A stretch of DNA of 30,264 nt, from positions 1 to 30,264 of the IMG/VR virus record IMGVR_UViG_3300037479_000622, one strand, 5' to 3'. This stretch comes from a virus (taxonomy: Duplodnaviria > Caudoviricetes). The notes below the pieces were generated by a model. The model was not told the DNA's origin. It was given only the letters and a program-made list of their open reading frames with translations, and ran no database searches. Positions 25,114 through 30,264 of the stretch are shown here, in pieces; the stretch's first letter is position 1, and each line of letters begins with the position of its first letter. Made by a program: the position numbers and the translations under genes.

Positions 25114-26263
25114 CGTCAAACAGCGTTGCGGGTTCTTTGCGGCGCGGCAAAGCACTTACCGGAATGCCTTCATCTACTAACCGCCCCATTACCCATTCGA
25201 CCAGGGGCGGGGGAACTGCGTTGCCGTACAGCGGGTATTGGTCATAGACGGACACGACGCGGCAATGATCGTCAGGAAAGCCCTGAATGCGGGCATACTC
25301 AACATTCGTCAAGCGGCGGTAGCGATCCCCAACCTTGTAGCGTTCATAGTGCCTGCTAGTAGTGGAAGTCAGGGTAGGAGCTACGCCGTTGATGCCGAAA
25401 ATGGTGTAGCCCATCCTTGCCCCGCCGCGCTGGTTGCTCAGAATCTCTACGCCGTTCACGAAGCGGTTGACCGGGCTATTGTCATGGACCCACTTCAAGG
25501 TTGCCTCTGTGAAGTCGAATTCATCGGGTACGGACGATTCTAGCACGGATGCCAGTGTCACCAGCGGGCAAGCCGCGCTGAACCTGTCCAAGTCTGCCCC
25601 GAAGAAGCGCCCTGCTGAAGCCAAACCCCAATCGGGAAACCTCGCCTTGTGGTCAGGAATCTGGTTCCAGCGGAGAGGATCGGATAGCCGGTCGCATTGC
25701 CGTCCGGTTAGGCAGCCGAAATCGTCCGGCGAAGCCAGCCTGATTCGAGTGCCGTTGGCTTGTTGCTTTGCTGACTGCCTGACACCGACGATAACCACGC
25801 GCTCGCGGTTTTGCGGCAACCCGAAATGCATCGCGTTCAGCAACCGCCATTCAAGCGAGTAGTCAAGTTCCGCCAGCGCACCGAGGATCGTAGCGAAGTG
25901 GCAGCCGTCTTCCATCGTCAGCAGCCGCTTGACGTTTTCGAGAACGAAGTAGCGGGGGCACTGTTCCTTCAGTACGTCTACGATCAACTGAAACAGCGTG
26001 CCTCTTGCGTCTCGCGTGCCTTCTTTCTTCCCCGCGCTGCTGAAGGGCTGACAAGGGAAACCGCCGGTCAAAACGTCGTGGCTTGGTACTTGTCCTTTGA
26101 GGGGTGCGAAGTCGCCTTCCTGATGCACCCCTACGCCGAACCGATCCCGGTAGACGGCTGACGCCTTCGGGCACAGATCGTTTGCCCAAACCGTTTCCCA
26201 ACCGAGGCGGTCAGCCGCAATGCGGAAACCACCGATGCCAGCGAACAGTTCAACAGTCTTCAT
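25103..26263 (-). CDS. DNA cytosine-C5 methyltransferase
   Basis: Motif I ELFAGIGG, IV GGFPCQPFS.AG, VI LENV, VIII PQNRERV, IX RRLT..E.ARIQGFPD, X GNAV; start could also be 26320 or 26350. Confidence 0.96.
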   Translation of the reverse strand: MKTVELFAGIGGFRIAADRLGWETVWANDLCPKASAVYRDRFGVGVHQEGDFAPLKGQVPSHDVLTGGFPCQPFSSAGKKEGTRDARGTLFQLIVDVLKEQCPRYFVLENVKRLLTMEDGCHFATILGALAELDYSLEWRLLNAMHFGLPQNRERVVIVGVRQSAKQQANGTRIRLASPDDFGCLTGRQCDRLSDPLRWNQIPDHKARFPDWGLASAGRFFGADLDRFSAACPLVTLASVLESSVPDEFDFTEATLKWVHDNSPVNRFVNGVEILSNQRGGARMGYTIFGINGVAPTLTSTTSRHYERYKVGDRYRRLTNVEYARIQGFPDDHCRVVSVYDQYPLYGNAVPPPLVEWVMGRLVDEGIPVSALPRRKEPATLFDDAY

Positions 26264-26488
26264 GCGGGTAGCACAGTGTCCGGCTTGTGGTGAACCCTCG
26301 ACCCGTATTCGCTTCTTCATCGGCTGTTGCCCTGGTCCGGCTTGTGCCATTTTACGGACGCGCCGCGCCTCTGGCTGCTGCCGAGAGGACTGTACCAAAC
26401 CGCCCGCCCATTTTGCTAGCGCGGATGCTGTCCCTTTGGTATACTTCCCTGGTCCGTACCTTCACCAAGCCAAGACCAGGGGAACAGC

Positions 26489-26848
26489 ATGGCAAAGAAA
26501 CCCGAACGGGGCGAAAAGGCGCGGTGGATTCGGGAAGCGCTGGTAGCGAATCCCGACTTGGGACCGACCGAGCTAGCCGAGATGCTCAACAAGAAAGCGG
26601 CGGATGCGGAAGTCAAGCTTACCTTCAAGCCGGTAGAGATCAGCGCCGCGAAGAGCCGAGAGGCAAAGAAGCAGCAGGACGGCGGGGGCGGGGGCAGGAA
26701 GGGACGGACCAGGGCGGCAGCAGGATCGGCGGCAGCCTCGACAGCAGCAACAGCAGCCGGGGCGGGGGAAGCAGTGGTCAAGCTGATGGAAGCCGCAAAA
26801 GCACTCGGCAAGGAAGAGGCAAAGAAGATTCTTGACCTGATGGGCTGA
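26489..26848 (+). CDS. Small basic Lys/Ala-rich putative DNA-binding protein
   Basis: 119 aa; KARWIREAL.ANP.LGPTELAEML HTH-like segment, G/A linker, C-terminal helices; RBS AGGGG. Confidence 0.75.
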   Translation: MAKKPERGEKARWIREALVANPDLGPTELAEMLNKKAADAEVKLTFKPVEISAAKSREAKKQQDGGGGGRKGRTRAAAGSAAASTAATAAGAGEAVVKLMEAAKALGKEEAKKILDLMG

Positions 26849-26860
26849 ACAGGGGGAACC

Positions 26861-27076
26861 ATGCCCGGAAAAACCCGCTACCTGTCCCGAATGCCAAAGA
26901 CCGTACCAGAGGGGCGAATCGTCGTTCACAGCATCGTGAAGCCCACCCATCCCGAACAAGCGCCGGGGGTAAACGGCTTCCGTTGCTGGACGCAGCAGCC
27001 GGACGATACCGTAACCATCTGCCGTTGCGGATGGGCACCGCACCTACCGCAGCACTACAAGCCGAAACCGCAGTAA
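26861..27076 (+). CDS. Small hypothetical protein
   Basis: 71 aa; RBS AGGGGG; H, C.CGW and H residues; followed by a hairpin. Confidence 0.65.
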   Translation: MPGKTRYLSRMPKTVPEGRIVVHSIVKPTHPEQAPGVNGFRCWTQQPDDTVTICRCGWAPHLPQHYKPKPQ

Positions 27077-27082
27077 ACGAAG

Positions 27083-27118
27083 ACCCCCGGCAGCGCTATC
27101 AAGCCGTCTGCCGGGGGT
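27083..27118. terminator. Probable bidirectional terminator
   Basis: acccccggcag / ctgccgggggt 11-bp stem between the + strand 71-aa gene stop and the attP-form integrase stop (27127-27129, minus strand). Confidence 0.7.
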
Positions 27119-27126
27119 TGTTGCAC

Positions 27127-27194
27127 CTACGCAGACAGCAGATTTGCCAGCATTTCCAGCAGTTCCGGCAAAGTAATCTTCTCGCCAGTTAAGC
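27127..27194 (-). other. Alternative 3' end of the integrase gene (joined only in the excised attP form)
   Basis: After circularisation the integrase frame reads ..NSA-CLTGEKITLPELLEMLANLLSA-TAG. Confidence 0.75.
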
Positions 27195-27212
27195 AAGTTG
27201 AACAACGAACTG
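27171..27212. other. attR: attP arm aagtaatcttctcgccagttaagc (27171-27194) + AA (27195-27196) + host half gttgaacaacgaactg
   Basis: Inverted partner of the attL arm; capsid reading frame resumes at AAG TTG AAC AAC GAA. Confidence 0.9.
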
Positions 27213-27851
27213 CTCCGGTTCACCAGCCCCAGCGCCGAGGGGCTGGTCCGCTACGACATGGCCCGGTCCGCGGCGCTGAAGGCGGATCTGGCGATGCTCG
27301 AAGGGACCGGCGGGACGCAAATCAAGGGGCTGATTACCTACTCGGGAATCACCCTGCACTCGGCGAGTACGCTCGGCGCCAACGGCGACACGTTCCAGCC
27401 GGCCGACGTGGCGCTCATGGACAGCAAGTTGCCGGACGCGGTGGACGCGCCGACCGCGTGGGTGATGCGCAAGGCGATGTTCGCGGCGCTCATGAACCGC
27501 CGGGCGGACGCGGTGTCCGCCAGCGACGGGAAGGGGCCGTTCCTGCTCCGCGGGCCGGAGCAGGGCCCCTCGGCGCTGCCGGCGGAACTGTACGGCACCC
27601 GCGTGGTCCGGTCGGCCCAGGTGTCGAACACGCGGGTGAAGGGCGGGGGTACGAACCTCACCTACATCCTGCTCGGGTACTTCCCGGACTGGGTGGTCGC
27701 CCGCATGGGGGTGATGGAGTTCCTCGCCAGCGGCCACGGCGACACCGCGCTCTCGAACGACCAGACCGTGCTCCGCGGCATCCAGCACATCGACGCCGGC
27801 CCGCGCCAGCCCGCCAGCTTCGTGCTGTGCGACCAGTTGATCGTCGCGTGA
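27195..27851 (+). pseudogene. Major capsid protein, 3' part (resident cluster)
   Basis: KLNNELLRFTSPSAEGLVRYDMA..DLAMLEGTG..IKGL..AWVM..ELYGTRVVRSAQV..QTVLRGI..D.GPRQPASF; in frame with 2010-2726. Confidence 0.92.
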
Positions 27852-27859
27852 CCCTTGTC

Positions 27860-27950
27860 AGAGGACAGAAGACAGAGGACAGAGGACAGAAAGAGTCGAA
27901 TTGGTCTCGTTTTCTGGTTTCTGTCCTCTGTCCTCTGTCTTCTGTCCTCT
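27860..27950. repeat. Perfect 33-bp inverted repeat built from GGACAGA heptamers
   Basis: 27860-27892 is the exact reverse complement of 27918-27950. Confidence 0.9.
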
Positions 27951-27981
27951 TCTAACCCTGACCCCCATTCCTGGAGAAACC

Positions 27982-28350
27982 ATGTCCACCGCACTGCACG
28001 ACTTCGCCTCGGCCGCGTTCGTCGCCGCCGGGCTGTTCCCCGACACGAAGACCAGTTCGCCGACCGGCCCGACCATCGACATGCTCGCGGCCGACGGGCC
28101 GTGCTTCGCCGTCCAACAGGTCGGAGACATCTCCGACGGCGGCACGCTCAGCGGCCGCATCGAACAGTCCGCCGACGGCTCCAGCTGGAGTACGCTGACG
28201 ACCTTCACCGACGTGACCGCCGACGACCAGATCCAGGTGATCCGGTTCACGCGGACCACCCGGTACGTCCGCTACGCCGCGACGCTGGCCGGGAGTTCGC
28301 CGTCGGTCAAGATCGCCGTGCTGATCGGCGAGCAGAAGAAGACGATGTGA
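27982..28350 (+). CDS. Beta-rich capsid-associated (cement/decoration-like) protein, resident cluster
   Basis: 122 aa from ATG 27982, RBS GGAG; IEQSADGSSW..RYVRY pattern seen in small phage proteins that follow capsid genes. Confidence 0.65.
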   Translation: MSTALHDFASAAFVAAGLFPDTKTSSPTGPTIDMLAADGPCFAVQQVGDISDGGTLSGRIEQSADGSSWSTLTTFTDVTADDQIQVIRFTRTTRYVRYAATLAGSSPSVKIAVLIGEQKKTM

Positions 28351-28355
28351 AACCC

Positions 28356-28432
28356 GGGGCAAGGGGCGGGGTCGAGCCGGGAGGGGAACGGGCGTTCCGG
28401 GACCGGTTCGGACGGGTCTCGCCTCTTGCCCC
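28356..28432. repeat. Intergenic imperfect inverted repeat
   Basis: ggggcaaggggcg / cgcctcttgcccc (12/13) with an inner gagccgg/ccggttc stem. Confidence 0.6.
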
Positions 28433-28471
28433 TTCGCCCTTTTACCCTCTCACTCTTTCACCCACACTCCG

Positions 28472-29071
28472 ATGGCACTCGACACACTCGCCAACGTGAA
28501 GACGTCGCTCCTGATCTCGGGCACCACCGACGACGCGGTGCTCACCCGCCTCCTCGACGCGGCGGAGGCGTTCATCGCCGAGTACACCGGGCGGGCGTTC
28601 GCCGGCGGGACGTTCACCGAGACGCACCCCGCCGGCCGCGAACTCGTCTTCCTGCGCAACTTCCCGGTCTCGTCCCTCACCAGCCTGAAGGTCGATTCGG
28701 CGCGCCTGTTCGGGGCCGAGACCGCCCGCCCCGCCGACACCTTCGTGGTCCACTCCGACCGCGGGGTGATCGAGTCGGTGACCGGGCCGTTTCTCAAGCC
28801 GCGGCGGCGCGACGACTGGCCCGGCGCGCTGCAAGTCGTCTACGCGACCGCGACGGGCGCGGTGCCCGGTGCCGTGAAGGAGGCGTTCTGTCAACTGATC
28901 GGCCACTGGTACCGGGTGGCGAAGACGGCCGCCGGCCAGAACTACGAGATGCTCGTCCGGCGGCTCGAGTCGAGCGTCGAGAAGGAATGGCCGTGGAGCG
29001 TCGCGGCCGGCGAACCGCTCCCGCCCGGCGTGCGCGAGCTGTTGCAGCCCTTCCGTGTGCCGGCCGCTTAG
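28472..29071 (+). CDS. Head-tail connector protein, resident cluster
   Basis: 199 aa; TLANVK..L.I....DDAVL..LL.AA..FI..YTGR.F, L...PV.S..S, V.Y......VP.AVKEA..QLIGHWY, LP.GV.ELL.PFR. Confidence 0.88.
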   Translation: MALDTLANVKTSLLISGTTDDAVLTRLLDAAEAFIAEYTGRAFAGGTFTETHPAGRELVFLRNFPVSSLTSLKVDSARLFGAETARPADTFVVHSDRGVIESVTGPFLKPRRRDDWPGALQVVYATATGAVPGAVKEAFCQLIGHWYRVAKTAAGQNYEMLVRRLESSVEKEWPWSVAAGEPLPPGVRELLQPFRVPAA

Positions 29072-29075
29072 TAGG

Positions 29076-29158
29076 GCAGGAGACAGGGGACAGGAGACAG
29101 TAAAGACACTGAGATCCCATTGTCTCCTGTTTCCTGTCTCCTGTCCCCTGTCTCCTGC
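29076..29158. repeat. Perfect 25-bp inverted repeat built from GAGACAG/GGGACAG heptamers
   Basis: 29076-29100 is the exact reverse complement of 29134-29158. Confidence 0.9.
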
Positions 29159-29172
29159 TCCCAGGTGCCGCC

Positions 29173-30264
29173 ATGTCACTGACTCACGCCCGCGGCGACC
29201 CGTCCGAATTCATCCGCCGGTGTCTGATCGACCCGCGCGGCAACCCCATCGACCAGGCCAAGGTTCACTTCGAGTTGCAGGATCTTCTTTCGAAGTACCG
29301 GCACGCCCTGGTGGAACTCCCCCGCGACCACGGGAAGAGTTTTCAGGTGTGCGGCCGCGTGCTGTGGGAACTCGGCCGCGATCCGGCGCTGCGGATCAAG
29401 ATCGTCTGCGCGACGGAGGCCGTCGCCGCGGAGCGCAGCCGCTTCCTCCGCGACGCCATCGCCCGCAACGACGCGCTGCACGAAGTGTTCCCCGGCCTGA
29501 GACCGGGCCGACCGTGGTCCGCGGGCGCGTTCACCGTCGCACGCCCGGCCGACGTGATCGGCCCGAGCGTCGCCGCGTTCGGCACCGGGGCCGGCAGCAC
29601 GGGGACTCGCGCCGACCTGCTCATCTGCGACGACGTGGTGGACGTTCACTCGCTCCACAGCAGGAGCGAGCGCGAACGCGTCGCCGACTACTTCAACAAC
29701 AACCTGATGAACCTGCTGGAACCGGACGGGCGGTTCTGGGGACTGTTCACGCCCTGGCACCTCGACGACCTGAACGCCCGGCTGAAGCGCGCGACGGTCT
29801 ACCCGCTCCTGCACCGCGCGGTCACGTCGGAACTCGAACCGGTGTGGGGCGAGAAGTGGTCGGCCGACACGCTGCGGGCGCGAAAAGCCGAGATCGGCTC
29901 GACCTCGTTCGCGCGCGGCTACCGGCTGGTGCCGATCGACGACGAGGAGACGCCGATCCGCGCCGCGTGGGTTCGCTACTGGACCGAGCCGGCCGCTTGC
30001 GACACGGTGATTCTGTCGGTGGACCCCGCGGTGAGCGCCGGCGCGAAGTCCGACCGGTCGGCGCTCGTGGTGCTGGGCAGGACGACCGGAAGACCCCCTC
30101 ACCCGGAACACCTCCCGCGAAGCGGGAGGTGTTCCGACCTCTCCCCCACCGTGTGGGGGAGAGGTGAAGGTGGTTCGCCCCTCGGTGAGCTAGGCGGGAG
30201 CGCCGAGGCCCCTACCTCTCCCCCACCGTGTGGGGGAGAGGTCGGCCCGCGGAACGACAGTTCC
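29173..30264 (+). CDS. terL: Terminase large subunit, resident cluster (runs off the window; absent from the ORF track)
   Basis: My translation: MSLTHARGD..LVELPRDHGKS (Walker A), GTRADLLICDDVVD (Walker B), TPWHLDDL, ILSVDPAVS..KSDRSALVVLG (RNase H-like nuclease start); no stop seen in the segments translated, including 30001-30264. Confidence 0.9.
   Translation, partial: MSLTHARGDPSEFIRRCLIDPRGNPIDQAKVHFELQDLLSKYRHALVELPRDHGKSFQVCGRVLWELGRDPALRIKIVCATEAVAAERSRFLRDAIARNDALHEVFPGLRPGRPWSAGAFTVARPADVIGPSVAAFGTGAGSTGTRADLLICDDVVDVHSLHSRSERERVADYFNNNLMNLLEPDGRFWGLFTPWHLDDLNARLKRATVYPLLHRAVTSELEPVWGEKWSADTLRARKAEIGSTSFARGYRLVPIDDEETPIRAAWVRYWTEPAACDTVILSVDPAVSAGAKSDRSALVVLGRTTGRPPHPEHLPRSGRCSDLSPTVWGRGEGGSPLGELGGSAEAPTSPPPCGGEVGPRNDSS
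30104..30242. repeat. REP-like palindromic elements inside the terL reading frame
   Basis: 15-bp stem cggaacacctcccgc-GAA-gcgggaggtgttccg (30104-30136); two identical 29-nt palindromes acctctcccccaccgtgtgggggagaggt (30137-30165, 30214-30242). Confidence 0.85.

Larger units (their letters stand above)
2727..27196. mobile_element. Integrated siphovirus-type prophage, 24,468 bp as an excised circle
   Basis: Abrupt drop in GC and codon-bias change at both ends; serine integrase at the left end; terminase-portal-capsid-tail module; shared AAG at both junctions; splits a capsid gene in frame. Confidence 0.95.

Noticed and set aside
27127-27196. CLTGEKIT in the attP-form integrase tail resembles an intein N-terminal block (split intein)
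   Set aside because: Only 22 aa, the rest looks helical, and I found no partner C-intein fragment; probably coincidence
2727-27202. AAG(C/T)TGAA 8-bp near-direct repeat as a tyrosine-integrase core or transposon target duplication
   Set aside because: The recombinase is serine-type and the inverted arms centre on the AA dinucleotide; the extra similarity is att-site half homology
27198-27851. Independent 217-aa gene starting at TTG 27198
   Set aside because: No RBS; it is the C-terminal half of the split capsid gene
29055-30167. ORF-track entries 29055-30167 (+) and 29176-30111 (-)
   Set aside because: Shadow frames; the real gene is the terminase starting at ATG 29173 in another frame, missed because it has no stop in the window

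Overview
Two nested phage-like systems. The outer, very GC-rich DNA (1-2728 and 27197-30264) has host-like codon bias and host-type intergenic repeats; the host is probably a Gemmataceae-like planctomycete (inference). It encodes a domesticated-looking HK97-type head cluster: portal, prohead protease, major capsid, cement-like protein, connector and large terminase. Its major capsid gene is split by a 24,468-bp lower-GC siphovirus-type prophage, inserted by a large serine recombinase at a central AA dinucleotide (attL 2727-2728, attR 27195-27196) flanked by 24-bp imperfect inverted attP arms. Precise excision would rebuild a 457-aa capsid ORF. It would also give the integrase a different 22-aa C-terminus and a terminator-like hairpin, because attP lies inside the integrase gene. 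The prophage encodes packaging, head and core tail genes, three HNH nucleases, and a small T4 gp55-like sigma factor with a matching -10-only motif (TAvATA core) before late genes, several of which appear leaderless or have anti-SD hairpins. It also carries Ser-rich tail-region proteins next to a two-domain glycosyltransferase, a C5-MTase/REase pair and a hairpin-dense ~1.1-kb non-coding region. I found no recognisable replication, lysis or CI-type repressor genes, and no GGCC site in the prophage segments scanned by eye. All protein assignments come from motif recognition, not database searches.
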